Of a DNA stretch of 64,000 nt, positions 20,172-29,519 are shown piece by piece. The notes under the pieces were generated by a model. That model was given only the letters and a program-made list of their open reading frames with translations. It had not been told where the DNA came from and did no database searches. Numbering within the stretch: the first letter of the stretch is position 1; each line of letters begins with the position of its first letter. The stretch is taken from sequence record ON287372.1, one strand, 5' to 3'. The position numbers and the translations under genes are program-made.

Positions 20172-20289
20172 GATAATCCCTTTTCTCTTTTTAAACTTTC
20201 ATCTATACCATCGTAACACGACGTAAAAAGAAAAAAGAACAGCAGATAATAAACCTCCTCCTACCCGTTAAGGTAGGAGGAGGGATATG

Positions 20290-20718
20290 TCAGCGTTGAG
20301 TAATCTCGAAATTACTGAACCCGGCTGCAGAAAGTGCTAAGCGAACTTTCTCTTGATCTTCCGGTGCAGTATTCGGGATAGTCACGTAGGTATTGACCAC
20401 CTCAATGACTTTGATCGTTTCGACTTTGATCCACGGCAAACCGATAACCGTTTCGTCGCCATTCTCTAACGTAATGACAAGCCATTTATAGCCGGCCGGG
20501 TCATTCGGCGCCTGACCAGTTGGGAGCATGTTGTAAACTTTAGCATGCTCTGCAGCTGCGTCAATGTTGAAGCGCGGGGTATTTTTGAATGAGATCAAAT
20601 CCGTTGGTACGCAGTTACGGAAGATATCTCCGTAAAGTGCTACCGGGTAAATCTGGAAGGTTACGCGATCACCCAGGTTAAACTTACCCAAGATGTTTTT
20701 GCCACCTGTATCGGCCAT
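20290..20718 (-). CDS. conserved hypothetical protein
   Basis: Likely start ATG 20718 (MADTGG, RBS GGAG, TGATG overlap); 142 aa. Confidence 0.7.
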   Translation of the reverse strand: MADTGGKNILGKFNLGDRVTFQIYPVALYGDIFRNCVPTDLISFKNTPRFNIDAAAEHAKVYNMLPTGQAPNDPAGYKWLVITLENGDETVIGLPWIKVETIKVIEVVNTYVTIPNTAPEDQEKVRLALSAAGFSNFEITQR

Positions 20719-21092
20719 CAGCTTTTTCTCCATTTGAGAGTAATTAAGAGCTCGCAAGAATTCATAACATCTAGACTCACGAAATCAAAATCTCCATCAA
20801 GTAAACTAAGATGGGCATCAGAGACTACGAGAGTTCTAAAGAAGTTAATGACCGGTAGGCTGGATTCGACTAACCAATCGAAACACGGGCTCTCCCCAGG
20901 TTCCAGAGAAAGGAATTCTACATACCGAGATTCGATTGCTCGGATAGCTTCATCCCTTACGAAAATGGGATCGATCTCAGTATCAACCCCAGCTTCTTGG
21001 TTTTCATTCTTAATGCGTTCAGTTATAGCGTCTACGTATTCCCCAATTACGACGGGGAGATATACGCTGCTCAGGTAGGTTTTTAGAATCAT
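20718..21092 (-). CDS. small acidic protein, array member 10
   Basis: 124 aa with a C-terminal beta-hairpin (LDVMNSCELLITLKW). Confidence 0.65.
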   Translation of the reverse strand: MILKTYLSSVYLPVVIGEYVDAITERIKNENQEAGVDTEIDPIFVRDEAIRAIESRYVEFLSLEPGESPCFDWLVESSLPVINFFRTLVVSDAHLSLLDGDFDFVSLDVMNSCELLITLKWRKS

Positions 21093-21468
21093 TTATCAGG
21101 TATCTCATCGCTATGGATTTAGTCAACCCGAGTATGGTGAAGTTATCAATGAAGGAAGCGTCTTTAATCACTTCCATACATTGCCGCATCAGAACTTGAG
21201 TCAGCTCATTCCTAAGTAGTTCTCGCTGCTCCTCGATAACTTCCAGGGCAGCTTCCATTTTATCTTTGGTGTCAGTGAAAATATACTGCCGCATACTGCT
21301 TTGCGATGACCCGCCGCTCAAGATGTCCTCTAAGATGCAATGAGTAATCCCTTCGCGACTGACGTATACCGTGTCTTCAATAGACTCCACAACGCTACAT
21401 AAGTTATCGAGAGCTCTCAGGTAGTCGGCAACGCAGACCACAACGATCCTTGCTGTTCTACTCACCAA
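21019..21468 (-). CDS. small acidic protein, array member 9
   Basis: 149 aa with an N-terminal strand RIVVVCVAD. Confidence 0.65.
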   Translation of the reverse strand: MVSRTARIVVVCVADYLRALDNLCSVVESIEDTVYVSREGITHCILEDILSGGSSQSSMRQYIFTDTKDKMEAALEVIEEQRELLRNELTQVLMRQCMEVIKDASFIDNFTILGLTKSIAMRYLINDSKNLPEQRISPRRNWGIRRRYN

Positions 21469-21902
21469 ACCTCCCGATCGTAATCAATGAACTGAACACT
21501 GAACGTATGGCCGCGAACGAATGCCCTGGAGATCTGAATCTTATCCAGAGGGATCCTTGTTCTATTTACAGCCGACTCTATCTCGCTATCTAAATTACGA
21601 GCGAAATCAGAAATGATCGTCATGTAAACTTGGACATCGCGTTCAATATTCTCGTATAGATAATCAGGGGAGTCCTGATTAAGTTCGTTATACCCGAACA
21701 GATCTTCCAGGCTATCTTGCAAGTTATCGAATGCGCTTCCATTCGGATGGATGTAGTAATCCAAAGACAGTTGCGCTGATAACTTTAACAAGTCCTCTAT
21801 GGTTATCTCCGGAGCATGGTGCTGGACGAAATACCGCATCGAGGTTACGTCCCAGCCCTTTATCTCGAATAATACATTAGAGGTAAAGTTACGATTAATC
21901 AT
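21462..21902 (-). CDS. small acidic protein, array member 8
   Basis: 146 aa with a C-terminal hairpin ISRAFVRGHTFSVQF. Confidence 0.65.
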   Translation of the reverse strand: MINRNFTSNVLFEIKGWDVTSMRYFVQHHAPEITIEDLLKLSAQLSLDYYIHPNGSAFDNLQDSLEDLFGYNELNQDSPDYLYENIERDVQVYMTIISDFARNLDSEIESAVNRTRIPLDKIQISRAFVRGHTFSVQFIDYDREVW

Positions 21903-22306
21903 GATTTCTCCAATGTCAATCTGAAGTACGACTGACTGAAGTCAATTGTTGATACGGAATACTCTCCTACCAAACCCCTGGACAGGATAGCATTAGCATA
22001 GAACTTTTGGAACAGGCCGTAAAAATTTAAGGCATCTGCCATCCAGTTGTTCATATCCCAGTTATCTTTACTGAAGTGGGGGTTGCGGATAATCCCGATG
22101 ATGTCGGAGAGTTCCTTCAATATCTCTTTAGGGGGAGTGGATGCAGTAATGGAATTAACCGCTCCCTCGATAAGTAACTTAGGTGCTCCAATTACTCCCC
22201 AGTCCTTACTGAGACTAGTAAAGAGGTCGTGAACTTCCCCTCTGTACTCGAGAAACAGTATGATTCTCTTTGAAAGCCTCCCAGGCCGGTTTCTTAAATC
22301 TGACAT
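21899..22306 (-). CDS. small protein, array member 7
   Basis: 135 aa, RBS AGGA, C-terminal STIDFSQSYFRLTLEK. Confidence 0.65.
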   Translation of the reverse strand: MSDLRNRPGRLSKRIILFLEYRGEVHDLFTSLSKDWGVIGAPKLLIEGAVNSITASTPPKEILKELSDIIGIIRNPHFSKDNWDMNNWMADALNFYGLFQKFYANAILSRGLVGEYSVSTIDFSQSYFRLTLEKS

Positions 22307-22790
22307 AGAGAGTTCCTAAGGTTAGATCGACTTCGAACATTATATCTTCTATAGAATCAATAACGCCGAAGTAATCCGTCGTTCGACTCCCCAATCGCTT
22401 AGACATGTTTTGTATCAGTAAATAGACGTGAGCTCGGTGCTTTTCATAATCACTTTCCTCACGTAAATTAGCTTTGGTCGCAGAGCGTTCTACTAATACC
22501 TCAAGTTCATTGACGATTTGGAAGCGTAAACGCATGTCAAATATCGAGGTCCCATCCGATTTAATTTCATAGGTCATGGCATAGAGGAAAGCAACACGAA
22601 CACAATCTGTCACGGAGAGTCCGTAAGGACTCGCCATGACTTTGAATAGATTGAGCAGGTTCGAGATGTCAACAATATGCACTGACCGATAACGTTCTTG
22701 TTTTGAAGTCAAGGTGCCAGTTTCCTTCGAAAAGATGTGAAGATAGCCCGGTATAGTTAACGATCTGAGTTTTAAAATAACTACGTACAT
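22215..22790 (-). CDS. small protein, array member 6
   Basis: Up to 191 aa; the true start is probably an internal TTG near 22693. It contains SVHIVDIS and EVDLTLGTLYVRFK. Confidence 0.6.
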   Translation of the reverse strand: MYVVILKLRSLTIPGYLHIFSKETGTLTSKQERYRSVHIVDISNLLNLFKVMASPYGLSVTDCVRVAFLYAMTYEIKSDGTSIFDMRLRFQIVNELEVLVERSATKANLREESDYEKHRAHVYLLIQNMSKRLGSRTTDYFGVIDSIEDIMFEVDLTLGTLYVRFKKPAWEAFKENHTVSRVQRGSSRPLY

Positions 22791-23016
22791 CTGCTACGAT
22801 GCACTCGAACGTCATGTGGTCAATCCCGAACATCCCGAGATCATCTGCAAGCTCGTCCATACGCTCCTCAAAGAGCGCAGGTTCCATCGTATTCGCCAAC
22901 AGATACTTGAGATGCACCTCTACGTTTAGGGAGTTCTTAGCCTCTGGATCGACTTCATCCAAAAGGCGTGTGTACTTAGCCCGTAAAGTTTCAATTGGTA
23001 TCAACCATGTTTTCAT
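22669..23016 (-). CDS. small acidic protein, array member 5
   Basis: 115 aa: MKTWLIPIE...WHLDFKTRTLSVSAY. Confidence 0.65.
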   Translation of the reverse strand: MKTWLIPIETLRAKYTRLLDEVDPEAKNSLNVEVHLKYLLANTMEPALFEERMDELADDLGMFGIDHMTFECIVADVRSYFKTQIVNYTGLSSHLFEGNWHLDFKTRTLSVSAYC

Positions 23017-23019
23017 ACC

Positions 23020-23499
23020 TTACCCATTTCGTTTATGGTAGTCGTATATCCGGTAGTCCCCGTGGCTACGTAAAAGGAATGTGGTCGGAGTTGATTTCTC
23101 GTACTCGAGATATTCCCAACTCAAGTCTAACCCGATTGAGGTAAGTACAGTACGAACCCTTACCTCAAACATGTCAACTACCTCGCGGAAGAATTCCCCA
23201 GACATCTCATCAGTTGCCTGTTCCTCGCCGTAGTCATCTATAAAGACGCCCTCAGGATCGTAGTCAACGAACCAACGACGTATCTCTTCGATGTCATCCC
23301 AATACTCAGGAGAACCAAACCGCCGCTCCTTCTGAATAATGTTCCAGATGATGCGCGCCGTGGTTTCCTGTAATTCATTAAGGGTGATGGCAGGGTTGAT
23401 TCGATCTTTAAACTCCGGGAATTGACGGATGTAAGTCCTTATTGAATTCAGTAAGAACCCAGTTAACCCATAGCTGTCCACGACAACAAGCTTACCCAT
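23020..23499 (-). CDS. small acidic protein, array member 4
   Basis: 159 aa: MGKLVVVDS...YEKSTPTTFLLRSHG. Confidence 0.7.
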   Translation of the reverse strand: MGKLVVVDSYGLTGFLLNSIRTYIRQFPEFKDRINPAITLNELQETTARIIWNIIQKERRFGSPEYWDDIEEIRRWFVDYDPEGVFIDDYGEEQATDEMSGEFFREVVDMFEVRVRTVLTSIGLDLSWEYLEYEKSTPTTFLLRSHGDYRIYDYHKRNG

Positions 23500-23508
23500 T
23501 GTAACCCT

Positions 23509-23925
23509 CTATTCCATAACTGAGATGTCGTAGTAATGAAGTAACACGGTATCGATAGACACCGTAGGATCGTGATAGTCTCGGGTAACAGAACTCATGA
23601 GCTTACCCATGCTTCCGATAGCCGATTCAATTAAGTGAATACCTACAGGGTCGACGAACATTTCATTTAAGAATGCCATCTCTACTTCCCGCTTATCCAG
23701 GTAGTCACCTAACTCATCATCTTCCTCTTCGTAAACCTCAACATGATCGTTGTAATAATGTTCGCTAAAAGAACACAGCCGACTAGAATGGGAATCGTAA
23801 AGCCCAGTCCAGATCGCCGTGTTAACCATCGAATACAAGAACCTATATTTGAACTCTAGGTCAGGTAGTCGTTTTAATATCCCGTGTACTGCTGCTGGGT
23901 AGTCGAGCCTGAATACTCTTTCCAT
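23509..23925 (-). CDS. small acidic protein, array member 3
   Basis: 138 aa starting MERVFRLDY, RBS GGAG. Confidence 0.65.
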   Translation of the reverse strand: MERVFRLDYPAAVHGILKRLPDLEFKYRFLYSMVNTAIWTGLYDSHSSRLCSFSEHYYNDHVEVYEEEDDELGDYLDKREVEMAFLNEMFVDPVGIHLIESAIGSMGKLMSSVTRDYHDPTVSIDTVLLHYYDISVME

Positions 23926-24245
23926 GATTTACTCCAAGGAATAGCATCTGGATTACGGTCGTAAAACTCATCGTTATCTACGTACAATGCAAGTCTGCCA
24001 TACGCAGCCAATTTAACCTCCGTTACCTCTAGGAGATTGTAGATCGGTTCGAATCGCCACAGCCGCCTAACTACCTCAGCTAACTTTCTGTTAGCATTGT
24101 CCGGATATACCGGGTTGGTTATTAAGATATTGTTGTCTTTCGTAATGCAATAGCTGAAGATTTCAATTAAGTCCTCTTGACTCAGTTCTGGGTCAATTTT
24201 GGTTGCGATAGATATCATGGAGTTGATATCGTAAAGGATAATCAT
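23874..24245 (-). CDS. small acidic protein, array member 2
   Basis: 123 aa: MIILYDIN...VKLAAYGRLALYVD. Confidence 0.65.
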   Translation of the reverse strand: MIILYDINSMISIATKIDPELSQEDLIEIFSYCITKDNNILITNPVYPDNANRKLAEVVRRLWRFEPIYNLLEVTEVKLAAYGRLALYVDNDEFYDRNPDAIPWSKSWKEYSGSTTQQQYTGY

Positions 24246-24634
24246 AACCGCTCCATTAAGGAAAGTCTGAATTCCCTTCTGTTGAAGGTGATATCTCCAA
24301 TCAGTAAATGATCGTAACTGGAGAACTGCTCTAAGAAATATTCGGTCAGTATATCTTCATGATTACAGACGTTATCGAATATCTCAAAGAGCATCGTATC
24401 GTAGTCTACCGAATTCCTGCCCGGTAATACATGCGCTACTCGTGGTAGTACATCCTTACCCTCCTTAATCACCCAGGAGTACAACTGTTCTGCCCAACCG
24501 TAGTCTCCTGTCCCCCACCACGCAGAAAGCGTGAGTTGGAAGAGAACATTCTCGCTGACTAAGTAAGGGTAAGGTCTAGTGATCGATAACATGAACAAAG
24601 GAACATTACCAATCACTAAAGTTTCTCTAGCCAT
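24242..24634 (-). CDS. small acidic protein, array member 1
   Basis: 130 aa: MARETLVIGNVPLF...ITFNRREFRLSLME. It is the first gene after an early-promoter motif. Confidence 0.7.
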   Translation of the reverse strand: MARETLVIGNVPLFMLSITRPYPYLVSENVLFQLTLSAWWGTGDYGWAEQLYSWVIKEGKDVLPRVAHVLPGRNSVDYDTMLFEIFDNVCNHEDILTEYFLEQFSSYDHLLIGDITFNRREFRLSLMERL

Positions 24635-24757
24635 AATTGTTCCTGTAATCCACCAGATTCAATTTAGAGCCAAATGTACAGTATCTTCCTTCATTATAAG
24701 TGAAAGCGCCGTACAATTTGATACAGTAAGTTTTAGGGTTATTTCCCTTACATGTTA

Positions 24758-24774
24758 GTAATATAGTTCTGAAA
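24758..24774 (-). promoter_or_regulatory. early promoter upstream of the ten-gene array
   Basis: TTTCAGAACTATATTAC. Confidence 0.72.
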
Positions 24775-24789
24775 TCATTTCGATAAAAT

Positions 24790-25110
24790 AACAAAACATA
24801 TCCCTCCCCGACGACCGTTTTAAGGTCGCCGAGGGGGAATGCTACGGAAGGAAGACGCTACAGCGTTCAATCGTTCAACGTTTGTTTGCAGATCTATAGT
24901 GCGGTATATCTTGTTTATGGCCGAATATCAATAGTCAGCCGTATCACGGAACTTAATCCGCCGGGGGTTGGTCTTCTTCAGACCTTTTCCAAATTGTTAA
25001 ACTAAGCGGGGTTTTAATCCCGCTCAGAGTTTTATCCGAATCCAAGCGCAGGGTTAGCTGCCGAAGATCAAGATTGAACTGCTTTGAAAACCAATGGATG
25101 TTTTCTACAT
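24790..25110 (-). ncRNA. candidate structured non-coding RNA downstream of phuZ
   Basis: About 320 nt with no RBS-led ORF and at least six hairpins. It has a TATGTA motif at the 5' end and a long GC stem plus U-tract at the 3' end. Confidence 0.4.
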
Positions 25111-25114
25111 ATAA

Positions 25115-26077
25115 TTAGGAGAAAAACATTCCGTCGTCTTCGGACTGGTTGTTGTTCTTCATTACTGAAGAGGTCAGCTTTTCGCGAGACGCTTTACGAC
25201 GATCGTAATCTTCACGAATTGTTTTCAATTCGCCCATCAGGCTATCCAGACCATGGGTATAGATAGAGAAGTAGATCGAACCTTTACCGGCTTCAACGCG
25301 GTTACCGTAGGCGTTGTAATCGGCAGGGATAGTACCTTCGCTACGGTAGTCGTCACCGTGCAGTTCAGCTACAGAGATCGGAGATTCGATTTCCAGAGCT
25401 TCATTACGGTCTTCAGTGATGTCCAGCAGGCAGAGCTGAGGATTCACTTTAGCGCCAGCGCTAGGGCGTGCCCAGTTCAGTACGTCTGCGCTATCCAGGC
25501 CGTGGTGAGTACCGGAATACAGATCCAGAACCCAACGCATGCCCATCAGCATGTTGAGATCAACTTCGGCGTTACGTACGTTGTTACCATTGGTATCGTA
25601 GTACATGACGCTGGATACGTTTTGCTTACGTGCCATGGAATCGATCGAGTAGATCGTGTCCAGGGTGTTGCCGGTGGTTTTGCCGCTCTCAGTAGAGCCG
25701 ACCACGAACATCAGTACCGCTTTGTTTTGCGCCCACAGCGCTTCTGCAATCTTCAGTGCGAACACTGAGCCGGTACCGCCGGAGGCAGAGAACACCAGGA
25801 TGTTCAGATCGGATGGTTTGTGTGACAGCAGAACGTCGTCTACTGCACGGGCGATCAGCGGATAGTTAACGGAACGCTCTTTACCCGAACCGTCTACGCC
25901 TTCCAGAACATAACAGGTCTTCGGATCGTAGCGGCCGTTGAAGTTGGATTTACTGCTGTCAACAAAGGCAGCATTAACGTATGCCAGACCGCTCAGGTCT
26001 TGTCCCAGGAGGCGGTTTACCAGATCGATACCAGCACCGCCACAACCGTAGATAGATACGCTATTACGAGTTTGCAT
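25115..26077 (-). CDS. phuZ: phage tubulin PhuZ
   Basis: 320 aa with GCGGAG, DGSGKER and the tubulin signature SASGGTGS. Confidence 0.93.
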   Translation of the reverse strand: MQTRNSVSIYGCGGAGIDLVNRLLGQDLSGLAYVNAAFVDSSKSNFNGRYDPKTCYVLEGVDGSGKERSVNYPLIARAVDDVLLSHKPSDLNILVFSASGGTGSVFALKIAEALWAQNKAVLMFVVGSTESGKTTGNTLDTIYSIDSMARKQNVSSVMYYDTNGNNVRNAEVDLNMLMGMRWVLDLYSGTHHGLDSADVLNWARPSAGAKVNPQLCLLDITEDRNEALEIESPISVAELHGDDYRSEGTIPADYNAYGNRVEAGKGSIYFSIYTHGLDSLMGELKTIREDYDRRKASREKLTSSVMKNNNQSEDDGMFFS

Positions 26078-26183
26078 ATTTCCTCACTTGAGTTATGAAA
26101 AAAGCACGTTACCTGTGTAATTCTTACACATCTTCAGACGTGATGTAAAAAATAACCTGACGGATACTACTAGGAGGTAGTCC

Positions 26184-27017
26184 ATGTCAATCTTACATAA
26201 AGTCATCAAGGATATTCGATTCGAGATCCCAACGGATGTACTCGAAATCGCATTCCTCGGAAGACGAGGCAGGGAACGTTTATCTCCAGGGTCACTTGAC
26301 TGGGAAGTCCGTAACAAGGTCATCGATGCCAAGGTTAGACCTGACTGTGATCTGCTCGGCGCATTAGAGATCAACATCCCCCTACGTCAAGCTGAGATCA
26401 TTAACGACCCATCTGGAGACTATCGTACTGTAGTACGTATCCCTAAGTTTTTGACTCAGGGCCGTACTATCGTTGAAGCATTGTACTTCAACTACACGTA
26501 CAACTTGGGTGCACAAACCATGATCGGCGGTACGTTGAACAACGACTATTCGATGAACAACTGTGGTAACTCTCAGTTGATGAACTACGCATCTAAGATC
26601 CTTACCTCCGCCGCCCCAGGTGGTCTTACAGGTTCCGCAGCAGTAACCCTGATTGGTGAGAACACCATTATGATTACTGACTACATGGGATCTGTCAAAC
26701 AAGGTTCTATTACCTGTCGCGTTTCCCATGACGCTGACATGAATACCTTGCCACCCAGGGCTGTTCCACAATTCGTACAACTCTGTGTATATGCAACTAA
26801 GGCGTGGATCTACAATAACGTCAAAGTTAAGTTAAACCAGGGTTATTTGGAAGGCGGTTCTGAGATGCCGGTTATCCAGGAATTCGTTGATGGGTACTCA
26901 GATGCAGCTGAGCTGTATAAAGAGTACTTCAGAGAAGAATGGACAGCTGTTCAGATGATGTCTGATAACGCTGCGCATGGGAACTACCTCCGAAATCTCA
27001 TCGGCGGACTATTCTAA
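26184..27017 (+). CDS. conserved putative virion protein (possible neck/head-tail connector)
   Basis: 277 aa, RBS AGGAGG. It is on the plus strand like other late genes here. The C-terminus is weakly like T4 gp13. Confidence 0.55.
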   Translation: MSILHKVIKDIRFEIPTDVLEIAFLGRRGRERLSPGSLDWEVRNKVIDAKVRPDCDLLGALEINIPLRQAEIINDPSGDYRTVVRIPKFLTQGRTIVEALYFNYTYNLGAQTMIGGTLNNDYSMNNCGNSQLMNYASKILTSAAPGGLTGSAAVTLIGENTIMITDYMGSVKQGSITCRVSHDADMNTLPPRAVPQFVQLCVYATKAWIYNNVKVKLNQGYLEGGSEMPVIQEFVDGYSDAAELYKEYFREEWTAVQMMSDNAAHGNYLRNLIGGLF

Positions 27018-27023
27018 TATCAC

Positions 27024-27049
27024 AGGTAGGAGGGAAATCCCTCCTACCT
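27024..27049. terminator. terminator between convergent genes
   Basis: AGGTAGGAGGG-AAAT-CCCTCCTACCT. Confidence 0.75.
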
Positions 27050-27057
27050 ATTACGTA

Positions 27058-27864
27058 TTAGTGGACAACTCTAACAAAGTGCTCTTCAGGAATTTCGAAG
27101 TCGTACTCCATTCCACTCGGATCGGTCAAAGTGGCCGGGAGATAACCTTCTTCCATATCGCCGATATCGGCAGTCGAAAGCTTAACTGTTCCCGTTGCGA
27201 AGGTATAATCACTTATCCCCTGGCACTGGGTAATCCAAATCATGCACGTAATACAGTTCATGACTTCTTCGTCATCGCGACGATGGTACCCGTAAAGGTT
27301 GTAGATGAAGTTCTGCTGAGTGCTCAGGTCGTAGATAGTTACGATAACGTCACCATCTTTAACCGGATGATCTTCATCGACTACGTGTACACAGATCTTC
27401 TCGTTGTTCGCTTTATCGAGGAGATTCATTTCATGGCGATCTACACGATGAATGGAGAAATCTAATTCCTCATCATCGGCCAGGATTTGATAGTCAGCCA
27501 CACAGCCATCTTCATCCAATTGAGGTATGGCAACTATGGATCCGTACTCGTAACGGTAGATGTCATCGATCAGACTGACTTTATTAACCTGGAACACGCC
27601 CAATACACGCCAGTCTGTAGACTTACGTGAACCCGCATTCATTAACGCTTTAATAATTTTCTCAACGTCAGCCGTTTCATTAAACGGTATTTCCAATCCC
27701 AGGGGTACTGATAGCAAGATAGGGCAGGTAGTCCCTTCTGCATACAGATCAATTAACAGGGAGCCCGGTGTAACCATTTCAGGCGTGAACGATAGCATGA
27801 GAGTCATAGCCGGTTTAGTATCTTCCGCAGTGGACTCAGGTACAGCTGATGTAACTTGTTCCAT
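27058..27864 (-). CDS. hypothetical acidic protein
   Basis: Likely start ATG 27864 (MEQVTS, RBS AGGAG); 268 aa. Confidence 0.7.
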   Translation of the reverse strand: MEQVTSAVPESTAEDTKPAMTLMLSFTPEMVTPGSLLIDLYAEGTTCPILLSVPLGLEIPFNETADVEKIIKALMNAGSRKSTDWRVLGVFQVNKVSLIDDIYRYEYGSIVAIPQLDEDGCVADYQILADDEELDFSIHRVDRHEMNLLDKANNEKICVHVVDEDHPVKDGDVIVTIYDLSTQQNFIYNLYGYHRRDDEEVMNCITCMIWITQCQGISDYTFATGTVKLSTADIGDMEEGYLPATLTDPSGMEYDFEIPEEHFVRVVH

Positions 27865-27943
27865 GGGCACTCCTGACAAAAAGAAAAAAGCGATAACAGA
27901 AAGAAAAACCTCTGCACACAAAGTGTGCAGAGGCTATCATTTT

Positions 27944-28402
27944 TTACTCTTCAGGCTCTGGTGTTTGGAATGTAAAATACTTAATGAACTCTACGAGTCC
28001 TTCTTTCGATGCCTCAGACAGACCTACTTTGCTCAGAGTCTCGTTAAAGATCTCAGTGACCTCACCATCCCACGTACTGATGAAGCTACTATTAAGAACA
28101 AAGTGGTTAATCTCGTTGTAAACCGAATAGGAAGGTTTACCCCAGAATACGCCTCGGAACATCAAATTGTAATGGCTCTTCAGATCTTCTTCGATCAGAT
28201 TCAGCATAGGACGAATGGGTAATTTACGTCCTGCCTGAGTGCGGGTAATACGATAGACTTGCAATCCGTCCTTAGTACCTACTATCAAGCAATGGCGAGC
28301 TACCGATGAACGACGCGCAATGTTCAACACCACGTCGTTGTTATCGTCGATCACTGAAACGTTCTGAACAATACCTTCAGAAAGTTTAACGGTGACTTTC
28401 AT
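27944..28402 (-). CDS. hypothetical protein
   Basis: 152 aa, RBS GGAG, 4-nt overlap with the upstream gene. Confidence 0.65.
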   Translation of the reverse strand: MKVTVKLSEGIVQNVSVIDDNNDVVLNIARRSSVARHCLIVGTKDGLQVYRITRTQAGRKLPIRPMLNLIEEDLKSHYNLMFRGVFWGKPSYSVYNEINHFVLNSSFISTWDGEVTEIFNETLSKVGLSEASKEGLVEFIKYFTFQTPEPEE

Positions 28403-28758
28403 CCACGTCTCCCTTTACAAACCGTATAACAGTAATAGCTATACCCTGTCTCGGAGCTTGTTGATATTTTGAAGTCTCCACTCGTTGTGGCGCTAATACG
28501 ACCGCAACGATAACAGCGACAAAGCGTTTGGGATTTAGGCGCAAATGCACCTAAGAGTTCTTTATTTTTTACACTTCGTTTTTCGAGTGCTTCGGTACGA
28601 CAGGTTTCCTTTACCTCAGCAGCAGGCTTAATAGCTTTGATTACCGGCTTCACTTTTTGGAAGCAGTTGCAACCATTACATTCAGCATGCTCCTGGCCGT
28701 CGCGAATGAATTGAGACAAATCGAAGGTTACGTTACAGATCACACATTGTTTGCGCAT
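28399..28758 (-). CDS. zinc-finger protein
   Basis: 119 aa with CVIC, CNGCNC, CYRC and CYTVC clusters; RBS GAGGAG. Confidence 0.7.
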   Translation of the reverse strand: MRKQCVICNVTFDLSQFIRDGQEHAECNGCNCFQKVKPVIKAIKPAAEVKETCRTEALEKRSVKNKELLGAFAPKSQTLCRCYRCGRISATTSGDFKISTSSETGYSYYCYTVCKGRRG

Positions 28759-28829
28759 GGAGATATACTCCTCAAAATAAAGGGTGTTTTGGTGCAGGAG
28801 GAATTCCCCCTACACCGTACGAGTAGCGA

Positions 28830-29429
28830 TTAAACTTGATTCCAGGTGTTTTGCATCAGGTCACTAATTGTAGACTTAACACGGTCATTGTAGACCCCTG
28901 GTGGGTTAATCAGGTTGGCAATCGTAATGCCGGTTTGCGGGAGCTTAGCCAACAACTGTAAGAGCTTAGCATCGGTAACCCCTTCTTCCGGAACGTTGAT
29001 GTCCAGTTTAACCCAATCGCCGAAGTCTTTCGATTCTTTTTCAACGAACCAATCGAGATCAGCATCAAACCCATCGAGTTTAAAACAGTAACGCCGCTTA
29101 TGATAAACGCGCTCACCAAATGGTAAAGCGAGTTCGTATTCTTCTTCACTGACTTGGAACTCACGCTCCAAACAACGAGAAGTCATGTCGCCGGATTTAC
29201 CTGGGAAGCGATATTTGGTAGCGCACTCAAAAAGAACACCTGAGGATACGCTAGCCTCTACAGCTTCTGTACGACGTACGCGGTTAGTCAGACGTAAGCC
29301 TGTATCCGCAGTAGTCTGTATCTCCGACTGAGTGATGATGAGATAGTTTTGAGTTTCCAACAGAACCTGCCGAGTTTCGGGAGTAATCTGAAAGAAAAAC
29401 GCTACCTCATTCTCATTACTTTTAGCCAT
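28830..29429 (-). CDS. CYTH-like (triphosphate tunnel metalloenzyme) protein
   Basis: 199 aa with an N-terminal ENE, then ITQ, RVRR, TKYR, LEREF, KRRY and DLDWF, the usual CYTH strand pattern. Confidence 0.6.
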   Translation of the reverse strand: MAKSNENEVAFFFQITPETRQVLLETQNYLIITQSEIQTTADTGLRLTNRVRRTEAVEASVSSGVLFECATKYRFPGKSGDMTSRCLEREFQVSEEEYELALPFGERVYHKRRYCFKLDGFDADLDWFVEKESKDFGDWVKLDINVPEEGVTDAKLLQLLAKLPQTGITIANLINPPGVYNDRVKSTISDLMQNTWNQV

Positions 29430-29519
29430 GAGAATTCTCTCTTAGTTGATTAACTTCGAATCCTTTACGGAAAGAATCCGGTACATACACTACGACGTAG
29501 AGATTATTTTTTACGTCAC

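Noticed and set aside
24046-24055. GGTTCGAATC, a tRNA T-loop-like motif
   Set aside because: It lies inside a coding gene, with no cloverleaf or acceptor stem around it.
24953-25114. 53 open codons in frame after the phuZ stop (possible readthrough extension)
   Set aside because: The stop is TAA, PhuZ already ends in a normal acidic/aromatic tail, and the region is better explained as structured RNA.
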